Assembly: GCA_012295275.1 (NCBI GenBank)
Contig: CM022665.1
Span: 46,748,001 to 46,812,000, forward strand
Direction of reading: 5' to 3'
Source: Chrysomallon squamiferum
Lineage: Eukaryota; Animalia; Mollusca
DNA: 64,000 nt
Below, in pieces: positions 15,288 to 48,420 of the stretch. The notes beneath the pieces were generated by a model. That model searched no databases. It was not told the origin of the DNA and was given only the letters and a program-made list of their open reading frames with translations. Position 1 is the stretch's first letter, and every line of letters starts with the position of its first letter. Both the position numbers and the translations under genes were made by a program.

Positions 15288-15541
15288 GTAAATAATAGCA
15301 ATAGCAATGCTACTAACAATAACAATAACAAAAACAATAATAATTCATTCATTTTATTTAAGTATTTATCTTATATTTATTTATTTATTTATTTAATTTA
15401 ATTTAATTTAATTTAATTTTTATTTTTTTATTTATTAATTTAGTTTTTAGTTTAGTTTTGTTTTATTTTTTTGTTTATTTATTTATTTGTTTATTTTGTT
15501 TATCTGTTTGTTTTTTGTTTATTTTATTTATTTATTTTCAG

Positions 15542-15616
15542 ACGTAGTCAACATGGACTTGAAGTCCACTCTGAGGGTTCTCTACAACATCTTCACCAAG
15601 TACAAGGACGGCGGCA
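15542..15616 (+). CDS. Candidate upstream coding exon ((D)VVN-MDLKSTLRVLYNIFTKYKDGG), probably part of a TEAD transcript
   Basis: Long T tract plus ttcag acceptor, aacATGg Kozak context at 15553, strongly G/C-ending codons in an AT-rich background, A|GTACGT donor. Confidence 0.6.
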
Positions 15617-16261
15617 GTACGTCAACGATGTAGCTGCTGTACTTCATCTAGTCACGCACGTTATCATCACCAACTCAACCGTGATGACAACGTCAGCAGT
15701 GTTTTTGCGTTGAGAGAGAGAAATCCACAGATTTGTCAACACTTCAATCGGTTTACATTCACTTTGATCATTCACCTGATTTATTAATAACAGTGAAAAC
15801 TTCCGTTTTAAACTCTTCACACACATACGTACACACAGACATGTGCATGTAGATATTCACATAGATGTATAAATGCACATACACACACACACATATATAT
15901 ATAGATATACACATAGATGCATAAACACACGCACGCACACACACACACACACATATATATAGATATACACATAGATGTATAACACACACACACACACACA
16001 TATATAGATATACACATAGATGCATAAATGCATACCATACACTGCCGTATGTACACACATACACATGCAAACATAGACACATGTCTATAGAGATATACAT
16101 AAACACACACACACACACATACGCACATAAATATGCACACTCATACAAATATACCCAAACACACATACATCCACACACACACACACACACACACATGCAT
16201 ATGCACAGTGATATACATACAGATGCATAAACACACATCACACACACACACACTCAAGCAG

Positions 16262-16301
<40 letters not shown>

Positions 16302-16669
16302 CCAGACAGATGAATGCACACAGACACATAACCAAACTGTAATTTATTATTATGTTCATCTGAAGTGAATGATTGATAAGAAAGAAAGATGGAGATTCTG
16401 AAAACAATACTGAACTGTGTTAAGTTAATTATTGACGTTTGTGTTGCTTATGGATGTTTTATGTATGATACTTGCAATCTTCCAATCAAAAATGAATGTT
16501 AAATGAATAAAGAAAAAGAAATACAGAGAAATGGTGAAACAAAACCAAAAATATTCCCAAAACCAGAACTTCCAGAAACATGTTCCAACTGAAACAGGGA
16601 AACGGTCGTCTACACGTTTAAAAAAGATTTTTGAAATTTCACTGCCATTAAAGATTACATGATTTTGTA

Positions 16670-16710
<41 letters not shown>

Positions 16711-16830
16711 TGGCTTTAATAAACTTATTGCTTGTTGAAGCTAGTGTATCAGTAGACATGAAACTAAATCTGTTGTTCTAGATATTTGTTCAAAATATTT
16801 GCATAATTTATTATTTATACAACCAGCTGT

Positions 16831-16874
<44 letters not shown>

Positions 16875-17292
16875 ACACACGCACGCACAAACACACACAC
16901 ACACACACACAGACAGACACACACACAAACATGACAGGCAGCATTGTTTGATAATTATGTTGGTTTGGAAAGAAGCAGGGAAAACCTAGCTGGTTTCTTC
17001 TCTAGTATGAATCAGTGGTTTGTGTCCAAACAGCTAGAAGTTTTTTTTTTTTTTTTTTAAATATTTATTTCAAATCTGCTTCATGCTATTGTAAAATCTT
17101 GAAATGCTTTGTAAGAATATCAATGGATTTTTGGCATTACTAGACTTTAAGACTACTTAAATAATTGTAGTTCTACATATTATTATTATTATTATTAATA
17201 TTATTATTATCATCATTATCATCATTACTACTCATACTATTACTACTGCTACTACTATTTTATTATTATTTTTATTTTATTATTATTATTAT

Positions 17293-17324
<32 letters not shown>

Positions 17325-17434
17325 TACTAGTAATAGCAACAGTAGTAGTGGTAGTAGCAGTAGTAGTAGTAGTAGTAGAAATCATTATCTTCATTTTATT
17401 ATCATTATCATGTAATTATTAATAGTACTATTGA

Positions 17435-17468
<34 letters not shown>

Positions 17469-19227
17469 TTCATTTTACCATTACTGTCATAATATAACAA
17501 AAATATTATAATTATTAATAGTAGTACTATTACAGTTACTATTACTTAATATTGTCATTTATTCATATAAAAAAAAAAAAACTTATTAAAAGCATGTTAA
17601 TTTTTATATGATGCTCTGAGTCATTGCCTATGTATTTAACTTGATGCCTCTCATAAACATTATCAGTGTTTTCATCCAGATATATAAATATTTCTTTTGT
17701 TTATGCATGTCTGCATTTAAATTATGCATAGAATGAAAAACATTAAACTGCCGATATCATACTTTTAAAAAAAAAAAATAAAAAAAAAATTAATTATGTT
17801 ACGATTACATTGTACATTTCACCATACTATTATAATATATGGTAAAATTAATTAAAATTTATATTACCTTTTTTTATATATTTTTTAAATCTGATTTTAT
17901 TTTCACCTGTTTTTTTCCCAATAAAAAAAAAATGATTATTATTAATAATAATAATAAGTAATAGTAATGATAATTATAAAAATGGTAACTCAGTGTTTTT
18001 TTCATTTTAAAACCATAATTTTTTAAATATTAATTAAATAATAAAAGAATCAAATGGATGTTTGTAATGAAAGACATATTTGGAATTCATTAGTATTATC
18101 ATTTTCATTCTTTGTTATTTATTTATTTTATTACATTATTATTAATATTATTAATATATATATTTTTTTATTATTATTATCAGCTTTACAAATGGAATTA
18201 TTCTCAACAAAACATGAAAAAAAAAATAAAGAAAAAATGTAAAAACTTTAAAAAATTCATTATGGTGCTATTTGTTACATTAAAGTTCTGTTACAACAAT
18301 GTTACTGTTGTGTAACTTAGTTATACTGTTTTGTATGTTTACAATGTATCAGAATGTATTTATATTTGTTTTCTTTGGCTTGTTATATATTGGTCGGTTT
18401 TTGTTTCATGACGTCATTGCTTCTATAAATATGAATATTACTATCTTCAGTTCTTACAAGTAGATTGGTATGAAATAATACATTCAACTCTGAAATTTTA
18501 ATTTTTAATAAAGATTACTATATTAGAGTTTGATATAGTTTCTATCTATAAAAAAAAAAAAAATTTATTTAATAAAAAGGAAAAAAGGAAAAGGAAATAA
18601 TAATAATAAAAACAACATCAAAATAAATAAATAAATATATGGATATAAAAATAAAAAGATTAATTTTATTTATTTATTTATTTATTTTTTTTGTCAAAAG
18701 AAAGATCATGAATAATAAAAATTGTATTAAATCTTTTCTGTTTTATTCTTTTCTTTTCGTTTTCACCATGTTTCAGTTACTGAATAAAATTAATGTATAG
18801 TTTATTGCAAACTGATCCTTTATCTAGAAACTGTATTACTTTTAAATAGCCTGACAATTATAATATTTGTTGGACCTTTGTTTGTTTTTTTTTAAATTTA
18901 AATTGTATTTTTTTTTTTTCTTTAATTATATCTATCTATCTATCTATATATATATATATATTTTGTTTATGTATTTATTTGCTTATTGTTTTAATTTTTT
19001 TTATATAAGTATTGAGGGGTTAAATTTTTATTTATTTATTTTTTTTAATTATTTTTTTTAAATCATGTTTTATTTATTTTGCTTTGGGTTTTTTTAAATC
19101 TTACCTTTTATGTTTGAAAAGTAAATGTTTCTCTTCTTTTTAAAAGTGGTAAATTTTATAAATATCAGAATACGTTTTGAAATATTTTAAATAAATGAAT
19201 CTTTCTTTGGATGATAACATAAATTTT

Positions 19228-19313
<86 letters not shown>

Positions 19314-20645
19314 TATTCAGAGATTCATCAAAGTATTTAACAATAATATTAAGTGTTATTGAAAAATAAATATGATTCTAATCTGCATACTAAACAGCAA
19401 TAAATATAGGAAACTTCACAGACACATAACATAAAATATATCTATGAAATCTTTCTCTTTTTTTTTACATTTAAGAAAATAAATATTTTATTGTATTGTA
19501 AACAATTTTGTAATTATATAATCGGTAGAAAATGATTCTACTAAAACATGTATTGAATATATCATTTTTGAAATATTTACATCTGTCTTCTGTTGTTTAT
19601 TGTTTGTTAGTAATATCCTGGACAACATCACCAACACTGACAACAACAGCAACAGCAACAGCAGCAATAATAATTATTATTATTATAATAGCAATAACAA
19701 CAACAACAAAAATAAAGAAAAGAGATTATCTCATAATAATAAATGATAGTAAATAGTAATAATAATAATAACAACAAAAATAAAGAAAAAGATTAATTTT
19801 ATTTATATTTTCATAATCACAATCAAATAATAATAAAAACAACAAAAATAGATATATAAAATAGAATAAATGGATAGAAAAAAAACAGTTTATGTATTAA
19901 TAATAAATATATTTTTATGTAAATATTTCAACCACTGACTTTCATAATCAAATGACAAAAAATCAAATTTTTAAAATCATTATTTTTATTTATTATTGTT
20001 ATTTTTAGTATTATTACTATTTATTTATTTATTTATTTCAACAAAGTAATAATGAATACATTTTTAAAATAATAAAATAGAATAAAAATAAAAAAAAAAA
20101 AAATTCTTAATGTTTTTTTAATAGGTACTTTTATATTATTTATTTGATTTGATTTTATATTTTATTTTTATTTATTTATTTATTTATTTTTTTCATTTTG
20201 TTTACAGTAAATTGAAAGCAATATTAACTCACTCAAGAATTTTCAAAGTTACTAAACAGAATACAGGTCAACAAAGCAGTTATTTGTTTAGAATCAAGTT
20301 TAATTTTATGACTTTTTTTTTTTTAAACTAATTTATTGTTGGATCGTTTTATTTATTTATTTTTTTTTATTTTTTTTTTATTTTTTTTATTGATTGTGTT
20401 TTCTAACTTTTGCTATTTATATCTGAGATGTTTGGGTGTTTGTTTGTTTTATTTTATTTTCTCTATTTATTATTTTATATCATTTGATTTTATTTTATTT
20501 CATTTCATTTATTATTTTATTTTATTTTATTTATTTTATTATTTATTTTAAATATACCAAAATTATTAATTATTTGATTTTAATAAAATATTTAAATATT
20601 CAATTAAATTGAAGCAAACTATTAGTATATTTATTTAAAGATACT

Positions 20646-20728
<83 letters not shown>

Positions 20729-20922
20729 ACATAATAAGGTAAGAAAAAAAATTTAAGAAATTAAAATGTTACAAAAAGCAATATAAGAAAAATTTACTTT
20801 TGTTTAAATAAATAATAATAATAATAGGAAGAAGAAGATGAAAATAACACAAAATAACATTTAAAAAAAATGCATCAAACAAAAAATCCTAGATTATCTT
20901 CAGCTGGATCTAAGTGTAAATG

Positions 20923-21001
<79 letters not shown>

Positions 21002-21569
21002 TGCAAAATTTGCTTCTTCAGCCTACTTTTTTTGTTATTTATTTATTTATTTATTTTAATATTTAAACAGAAATGAATACATTATATTTTATATTTATGT
21101 AGCATAAATTTTCTTTTTATCCTTCACGCATTCTAAATCCTTTTCAGAACTTAGAGGGGAAAAAAAACCCTGGAATAACATGAAATATAATAATTCTTTT
21201 CAGTTTTGAAATAATTAAAACATTTAATGAATAAACAATGAATGCAGGTGAATGAAAATAATACGAATAAAAATTTATGAATATATGCACAGTCATTAAA
21301 ATGTTTTTTAAACAAAGAAAGATAAAATAATAATAAAGAAAATATAAAAAGAAAAAAAAAAAGAAAGAAAAAAAGAAAAGTAAGATAAAAGAATGGAAAG
21401 ACAAGAAAATTGTCTGGGGTTTCAAAACTAAAATTAAAAACTAAAACCATTTCGCTGATGAGACGTTTAACACTACAAGAAGCGGATCCACAAGTTTTCA
21501 CTAACTTTTAAAATAAATAAATTTTAATTATAAATAAATAAATAATAATAATAATAATAATTAGTAAAG

Positions 21570-21990
21570 AGACAAGTGGGAAAGGGGGGTGTCGGACACC
21601 TGTTGTGCAACCCACCCACCCTCCCCCTTGCAGTTCCGCGCTTCTTTTGATCTCGTAGGTGAGCCTAAATGCTGACGAAAGGGGTAAAAATAAAACCGTT
21701 TGCTCAGAAAACAAAAGGTGATATCAGCTTTTCTTTTACACTAACCTAATCGGAGGGAGGAGAACGGATCAGCAACAGTTTACAAGGAGCTTCTTCTGTC
21801 CTAAAAGGTTGTATTTGACTTGTGTGTGTGCTGCTCGAAGGTCAACGTGGTCGACACCGCATCTGAAAATGCCGTGTATGCCGTGGAAGCTTAGAGCAAA
21901 GACGACGAAAGCGACATCAAAGACAACGCCGCGTTTGGTCAATATGTTTTTTTTTTTTTTTTTTTTTTTGGAACAATGTTCCCTCGGTAA
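21570..21990 (+). promoter_or_regulatory. CpG-rich island, candidate alternative TEAD promoter/5' exon
   Basis: Local GC/CpG enrichment in otherwise very AT-rich DNA; no strong ORF. Confidence 0.35.
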
Positions 21991-24295
21991 AAATCCGGGG
22001 TCTTAATTTAGTGGCAATGATGACGCCTTTTGTTCAGCAAATTATACAACGATTACTTCAGAAGAGAAAAAGAAAACAAGAAGAAGAAGAAGAAGAATAA
22101 ATCTTTTATTACAATAGAGTGTTGTTTTCAGCTAAAAAAAAAAGAAAAAAAAGGTGAACAAATGAATGAACAATAAATAACACAATAAATAAATAAACAT
22201 TAAATAAATAAAATAAAAATAATAATAATAAAAAAAAATAAATAAACAAGTAAAAGAAAAAGAAAAATAATAAGAAAAAGAATTTAAAAAAGAAAAATAA
22301 AACAAAATAAATCAGAAACTGAAGTTAAAGAAAGGAAGAAAGAAAAAAAGAAATAATAAAAACAATGTTTATGTTATTACTTATACGTATGTAATTGTGC
22401 ACGTGTGTGTGTGTTTATATGAGTGTATATGTTTATGCATACATTTATGAATGAGTGTATATGTTTATGCATACATTTATGAATGTGTGTATATAAGCAT
22501 ATATGTAAGTGTGTATTTTGTGTGTGCGTGCTAACGTGTTTTTTTATATATATATATATATATATACATATGCATACATTTATGTGTGTGCATGTATATG
22601 TAGTATTTATGTATGTGTGTTTACGTATGTATGTATGTAAGTATGTTTGTACAAGTTGCCTTCACCATGTTAAGTTTACATTAGAAAAATACGGCCACAA
22701 AATAAAAGGAATTAATTTTAATCCGGCTAAAACTAAATATTAACCACTTAATCTTTTAATTAATTTACCTGTATTTTTGACACGTGGTAATTTGAGTTCA
22801 AAGATCTTTCACGCAGTCTGTGTTATTTAATATAATCCAGTTTCGAATGTTCTTTATTTTTAAAAATTATTAATATAATGTATCGATTAATGCTTTCTTC
22901 TTCTTCTCGTTATTGTTATTTGCCTTTTTAAAGGTTTTATTAATTTATATATTATTATTATTTATTTTTATTACTGAAGTAAATTATACATATACATACA
23001 CTTTTTTTTTTAACCTTCTTATTTATTTTTATAATTTTTTTTTTTTTATAAATAAATTTTATATTTTTTGTATCCTTCAGTCCGTAAATAAAATATTTTG
23101 AAAAAAATCCACAACTAAACACTCAAATAAATAAATAATTAAAAAAGGACGAAAGGATATGCAACAAACAGTAGTAGTAGTAGTAGTAGTTGTAATAATA
23201 GTAGTAGTTGTAATAGTAGTAGTAGTTGTAATAATAGTAGTAGTTGTAATAGTAGTAGTAGTTGTAATAATAGTAGTAGTTGTAATAGTAGTAGTAGTTG
23301 TAATAATAGTAGTAGTTGTAATAGTAGTAGAGTAGGTTACAATAATACGTATTGTAATTAGAAGAAAAAAGAACACACACACACAAAAACCCCTAAAAAC
23401 AACAACAACAACAAACAAAACAAACACACCAACAACAGAAGTGACAATAAATTGGAATTAAAGTGTGATAAACCTTCTTTTTCATCCTGCAAAAATCATC
23501 GCGCATAATGATATTCAAAATACTGCACCCCAACCCCTCATCCACAGGCTGTATGACTTCTGGATAAACATGGTTCTAACTGTGTTTTCTTCTTTTAGTA
23601 TCTTTCTTTTGCTTTTTTTTTTTTTCTTTTAATACTTAATTTTCTTTTGGTTACTCATTCCAGAATTTAAAATTTCAGTATTTGGCTTAAACTAAACCGT
23701 TGTTATTATACGAATGAGAGAGAAAGAATAATTAGGTTTGTTGTTGTTGTTTTGTTTTTTTCATTTAAAGCTAGTTAGTGTAATACTTTATTTATAAATT
23801 CTTTAAATGTTTTTCTTATTGGCTGATGAACTGGAATACGCAACGAGTTACAATAATGACGTCATCATCATTGATAAACCCTTTCGTTCGTGAACCCCCC
23901 CCCAAAAAAAAAACCCTCATTAACTTATTATTATAGTTTTACTTGTAGTGTTTCTAAAAGGCTTTCGAACAAATTCTTTGTTTTGTAAATATTCATTTAA
24001 ATGTTGCATGTTAACTGTTTTGCCAGCGTTTTTTTTTCTTCCTAAATATATAACGATCGTAATAACAATAACAGAAACAACATCAACATAAATAAATAAA
24101 TAAATAAAACGTAAATAAATAAATAAATCAATCAATAAATAAATAATATAAAACGTAAATAAATAAATAAATAAATCAATAAATAAAAATAAAAATAAAA
24201 ATAAATTGAATCCCCCCCAAAAACCAATAAAAGTAAATAAATTTTGTGATTTCACTTTTATTGCTTAAGTAGCGCCAAAATCATTTAACTTTTAT

Positions 24296-24326
<31 letters not shown>

Positions 24327-25347
24327 TTTAATAAAATAATACATAAAATAAGTAAAAAAAAAAAAAAAATAAAATAAAACGTAACTCTTTAAAACAAAAA
24401 AAAAAAAAAAAAAAAAAAAGAAGCCACATTAAAAAACAAAAAACTGAATAAAAACAACAACAAACAAAACAAAACAAAGCCTAACAACAAACGCTTATTT
24501 TTTATTTTCTGTTAAACGGCAAAACGATTTAACTTTTATTAACGCTACAGCCAAAATTGTAGCAGTATAAGTTTAAAAAAAAAAATATATATATATATAT
24601 AGTAATAAAAAGACAGTAATAAATGTAAATGAAATAAAATAAAATAAAATAAAATAAAATAAAAAAAAATGAAATGAAATAAAATAATAAAAATAAATAA
24701 ATAGAAAATGAAATGTCAAAAATAATTAAATAAATAAACTAAATAACAAAAAATAAACAAAAACAGAAAAAAATATAATAAAAAAACAAAATATAAAACC
24801 CCCAAACAATAACGAAACAAGGCTCATTCTGAAATTAATATATAATAAAAGTTACTAAAATAAAATAAAAAAATAAAAATGATTTGCTTTCTGTAGTATG
24901 TTTGTAACTGAATTTGAATTAAAACTAATGAAATATTTACTAGACGTAATTATTTCATTTATTTTCGTTTATTGTTTTGGGTTTTTTTCGAAATATTCTA
25001 CTCTAGTAGTTAAATGTATTTCACTTTTGAGAAATTTTGATAAAAATAGCAGTGTTATGGCCAATTATTAACTAATCAACGCGCTAAATTTATATTTTAT
25101 TTTCAAAAATAGTTTTCTTAGAAATTTATATAATTTATGAAACAAAGAGGAGGAAAAAAAAAAATCAATACAACGGTTAAAACAAGAAATAAAACGGAAT
25201 AAATTTATTATTAAACGGAAGGTATTAACTAATTATATTGTTCTAAATTTTGAAATATGTAGTTAAATAATGGTAAATGTATTAATAAAATGAATAAAAA
25301 AAATTCTTGGATCTATAGAAAAATTGTAAAATTCCTGGCAGCTAACA

Positions 25348-25362
25348 CATTCCTTTCATTCC
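25348..25362 (+). promoter_or_regulatory. Tandem TEAD/MCAT motif CATTCC-ttt-CATTCC
   Basis: Exact match to the 9-bp-period double TEAD motif. Confidence 0.55.
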
Positions 25363-25749
25363 TTCACCTGTTGAGTCCAGTTGCGGGCGCGAAAAATTAA
25401 ATCGTTAAATTTGAAATCATCTACAGGACTGCAACTAGCAGAAATAAAACCGTATAAAGATGTAATCGATTAGAGCGATAAAAACATGGTTTTTTCCTTC
25501 TTTAAATGACCTAAATTTTGGCAGTACGAAAACGAAATGTTAGTAAAACAAAACTAGGAGAGTCAGGTGAAATACAGGGGAGGTTAATCCAACAGCACTA
25601 AGGTCAACTGCTTTTTATTTAATATTTCTTTTACCGAAGCCTTTGACCCGAAAATGTTGGTTCTGACAGAAGGGTTATGAAATGAAGATATAGATATTTG
25701 TGGCAATAGTGTTGGTTTAATTTACCGATGATGTATAAAACGCTTAAAT

Positions 25750-26480
25750 ATCGTTGATGACATCTCGTTTTCTCCCAAACTATCGACCAGCTTGAACCCT
25801 GCGCAGTGGCTGTGCGCAGAAGTACACTACGTTGTCGGGATTCTTTGTGTCATACCTAGCATACCAACAAGAGAGTTCTTCAACTCTTAAATTTTGTTCC
25901 ATTTGGTCAAGAGTTGTTAAAAGTGGCCCTAGATATCAAGATTGGTGAGTAGTTTACTTGTATATAGTTATTATTGCGTATTACGGCCGTACAGGCTCGG
26001 CGCGCGTATGGGAATGAACGAAATGTCCGCACAGTTTTCGAATCTCTGAAATATTTGTCATACTTGGAGATCGAACTTCCGGCTTGTCTGCAGTGTTCGG
26101 GATGGGTAAAGAATTGAATTTACTTCGCCGATTGTACACTTTTGACTAACTTACAACTACTAGACGGGTATCAGACGTGATATTAGTGCTGTTCTCTGCA
26201 AGATTGACCTACATATGGATAAGGCGGCTTATGGCAGACGTGTTAGTTGTTCGGTTCGCGTTCGCGATGCACAAGAAGCTCGCTGGCTCCAGCCTGGGTT
26301 AGGCGGACCGCTTTTCGTTGGGCCGACTTGTTCTCGGCTAGTGTCTTGACAACCACACGAGCCGCTGTCGTTCAAGTGATGGGATTTATTCTATCAGAAG
26401 TGGTGTGTTTTATATTCTTATGTAACACCTTTTTTTTTTTTCTCTCACCTGTCCGTGCAAATCAGCTGATTTGTCAATTA
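25750..26480 (+). promoter_or_regulatory. CpG-rich candidate proximal promoter and non-coding first exon of TEAD (donor TTG|GTGAGT at 25945)
   Basis: Abrupt CpG/GC enrichment against the background, consensus splice donor, 4.2 kb upstream of the ATG exon. Confidence 0.6.
25851..25865 (+). promoter_or_regulatory. Tandem TEAD variant motif CATACC-tag-CATACC
   Basis: Same 9-bp spacing, CATACC variant core, inside the candidate first exon. Confidence 0.45.
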
Positions 26481-27497
26481 GGTGGATAAAGGTGTTGATG
26501 TTAATTAGTTAGTGTACTGTAATGAAACGTGACTGTCGTGGAATTTCTTATTTTATTATTGTTGTTGTTGTCATTATTATCATCATCATCAACATCAGTA
26601 TTTGTTAAAACAAACTCAGAAAACTTTTGCGTTGGTATATCACTGTATGCCTTCGTTATTAAGCATTAAAAGTTAATAATTAAAAATTAATAATAAGAAA
26701 TAATACAGAAAAATATGAGTTGTTTTTTAAAATTATAAAGTTATAATAATTTTAACATAATATAGTTAACATCTTTTAAAAGTTTTAGTAATGTTCTTTT
26801 AAGGTTTCTTCTGTAATATTCTAATATTTTTTTAGCATCATAATTTAGTATGTATTCTCAGTTACACAGTTATTCTTATAAATTGAGAATATCCTACGGC
26901 AGGGATCAAAATCTTAATTCTAAATTCTAAATACAATTGTGAGTTTTGTTAAAGGAACATTTGTTTTCAATAAAAAAGAACAAAATTTAAAAACCCTCTA
27001 TCTAATTAATTAAAAAAAAAAATTCATTAAAAGGCAAAATTGAAAAGAAAAACCCCTCAAACTCGATCCAAAACCAGCTATCAAACTAGTACTGCATATA
27101 AAATTAAAATAAATTGTTTCATTGTTTATTACTGGATTCATTTATATTTTCCAATATGTTGATTTAAAGTTAGCATTTAATTTGTAATATTATCTCTTCA
27201 GGTAATTTTTGTTTTAAAAAAAAAGATATTATAAACTGCCATTAAATACTCAGTCTTTCCTCTTTTTATTTTTTTATTATTAAAGAATGAAGTTTTCCGA
27301 TTATTCATTTGTTATTTGTTAGAAATAACTTTAATTGCTAACATTTATAACAAAAAAAAACAACAGAACAACTAATCTTGAGGCTGAACTCGATTTAGCT
27401 TACGTTTTCTTTAAATGGTTGCTTACTTATTGCTGATGTCTTGTATTTTGGCATTTGTTTTTACATGTCTGTGTTTGTCTATATGTGTACACACACA

Positions 27498-27548
<51 letters not shown>

Positions 27549-29334
27549 ACACTTACAATTTTATATATAGCTGAATATTTGTGTGTGTGCACGTACTTAT
27601 ATATATATATATAATGTGTGTATGTGTAAATGCATATATACATGTATAATACATATGTATATTATGCCAGAGCAAACAATTACATACAATTACTTCATTC
27701 ATTTGCTTATCGTTGCTTCTTAACCCCCTGTGTGTCTGTGTGTTTTCGTTATCTCAGTTCTGCTGTAATTACACATATAGGTGAGAAGCCAAGGTGTTTT
27801 TTTTTCTTTTTCTTTCTTTATTTTTTCGAGTGCTTCTAGTAGTCTGTTTCAGATAAAGTGGGCACATTGGGCTCACTCCCACTTGTAAACAGGTCATACC
27901 CAACTCTGTGGGTTATTATTATTATGGGAGGCTTGGGTTACGTGTTGGGAGTGGTGAAGCCATTCATGTATATTGTTATTAGTATTACCTTGAATTGTTT
28001 TTTAGTTTTTTTTTTATTTTTTTTATTTTAATTTTTTTTTATTTTTTTTTTGTATCTTCCTCTTTTGTTTACCTTTGTTGAGAATATTTACATAATAACT
28101 TATCAAAACTTTTTCAATCCCCCCTGTTGAATATTTATAAAATTATTATTTAAAAGTGCCCCGAAAAAAAAAAAACATTTGGACTGAATATCACCTTTTG
28201 AAAAGTGATAAAATCAGTTTGGTTTTATTATGCTGACCTCCTGTGATTGTGAAATTTGTTATGGAAATGGCCATAAAAGAACGAAAGGAAAAACTTCATT
28301 AGCATGTCGTTTAGTTACGAATTTTTTTTTTTATTAACAGTCAGGTGTATTTCTATCACTTCTCAGGTGAAAGATTTCAAAATTTGAAATTTGAAATTTA
28401 AATTTTTGTTAATATTAACATTTTATTACTTCGCCTGAAGTTAATCATTTTCCAGATATCTTTATTTTTTTTTATATTTGTTTTTAAAATTTCTATTTTC
28501 TAAATTTTTTTCATTTGTTTGTTAAAGACAAATTGATTTACCTGAAATATTAAAGGTCAGTTCTATTGGTCAAAGTCTTTGACCTCACTGCACTAATAAT
28601 TATAGTAAATAAAAGGGCTGGGGTAAAGATTATGTTAGATATCAAATTATTTAATTTCATCATTTAGAAAAAAAAAAGAAAAAAAAAGTGTTTGTTCAGA
28701 GCTAGTTATTAATAACATAATTTTGTACTGACATTTCAAAAAACAAATTTAAAAACAGAACCCACAAAAAAACATCTGTGATTAACTGGGTTTTTTTTTT
28801 TCCTTCTGTTATCATAAAGAAAAAAACCTATTTATTCATATAAATAATTTAATTTTGTTCTAAATTAAATATTTATTTTGAACTTTAGGATAGATTTTTT
28901 TTTCCTTCAATATACAGCACTGGTTAGCATTTTAATTACATTCTAAGAATTCATGAACAGAAAATAACATTTTCAATTTTTTTTTATCATAAATAGATTT
29001 TTGAATGAGCCATCGATCATTAGTTAAATTCCAAAAAAAAACAACTGTAAGTGAAAGTTGTTTATTAAATGGTCTTTTTTAAGCTATTAATAGATTTTAA
29101 AGTAAATGAATAACTGTTGAAAGTGAAAATTCCTTTTTAAATATCCTTTTTAATGGATTTATATTTAAAAAAAAGAAAAAAAAAGAATGAATATTGCTTA
29201 AGAAATGGCCTTTTAAGTTTGAAACAGATTTTTATAGAAAAATCAATAAATATTTGATTGTGTAAATAAAGATGCCAAAGTAAACATAATCTGCTTTGAG
29301 TTCACTGGTTACTAATTAAAGATTAGCAAAAATA

Positions 29335-29450
29335 AATCCCTTACATAGACTTTCCCATAAACAGGAAGACTTTCCGTCGCAACCTTTGATAAAACAAATT
29401 GTGAGGCACCTTGTGGGATTGACCCTGAAACCTACTGATATCAGTCTTAA
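29335..29450 (-). mobile_element. Decayed SINE-like repeat copy
   Basis: Reverse complement contains ggtttcagggtcaatcc and tttatcaaagg...cctgtttatgggaaag, similar to the other copies. Confidence 0.35.
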
Positions 29451-29708
29451 TGCCAGCAGTGCAAAACCTGTGTTTACAGGATGCATGTGTTGTTCGTCTG
29501 ATAGTTCAAAATACAGTTGAAAAAGAAAAAAAATAGTCGTATTTTACTTTAAATGTTTGTATGTGTATAGTCATTAGTTTTTTTAAAAATATTTTATTAA
29601 TTCATGTTTATCTATTCTGAATTAAATTTCAAAAAGAAAACTGAAATCAAAATTATTTTAAATGCTTGTGTTAATTAGTTAATTCCATAATAATGAATTT
29701 GGCTATGC

Positions 29709-29764
<56 letters not shown>

Positions 29765-29959
29765 TAATAATTAATACTAATTTTTTTAATCTGAGTTTGG
29801 CTACATATTAAAAATAATGTTTATTTGGCTACATAATATTTAGTAAGCTGATTTTTGCCATGCAATAATAATAATAATAATAATGTTTATTGAATCTAAT
29901 GATTTAACAGGTAGACAGTTTGGATACATAATATTAACATTCAGTAAGCTGATTTTTGC

Positions 29960-30018
<59 letters not shown>

Positions 30019-30164
30019 CAATAATAAAAAAAAAAAATAATAATAATAAAAAAAATAATAAAATAATAATAAAAAAAAAAAAAAAAATAATAATAATAAT
30101 AATAATAACAACAATGCTTATTAAATCTATTGTGTTTTTATTAAACAGGTAGACACACCAGACC

Positions 30165-48051
<17,887 letters not shown>

Positions 48052-48380
48052 GTACAGCCGTCACCTGTCCATCTGTTTATACATATGTGTGTGTGTGTGT
48101 GCTATTCAAGCTTCCAAAAAAAAAAAAAAAAACCTGCAAAAAAAACAAACTGTTAAATTACCAAGCTGATTTGCAGACAGGAAACTAAGATCAGGACTGA
48201 AAAAACAATATCAGCAAGTGACTGAGAAAGAGAGAAAGAAGGGAAGAGAGGGAGAGAAAGAAAGATTCGTTACGTTTTCATGCAAAAAAAAAAAGGGAAA
48301 AGAAAAAAAATATATATATATAATTCATTGTTTTGTTAACTTCTGAAGTGCCTTTTCTCGTCAAAACACTTGTTTGTTAA

Positions 48381-48420
<40 letters not shown>

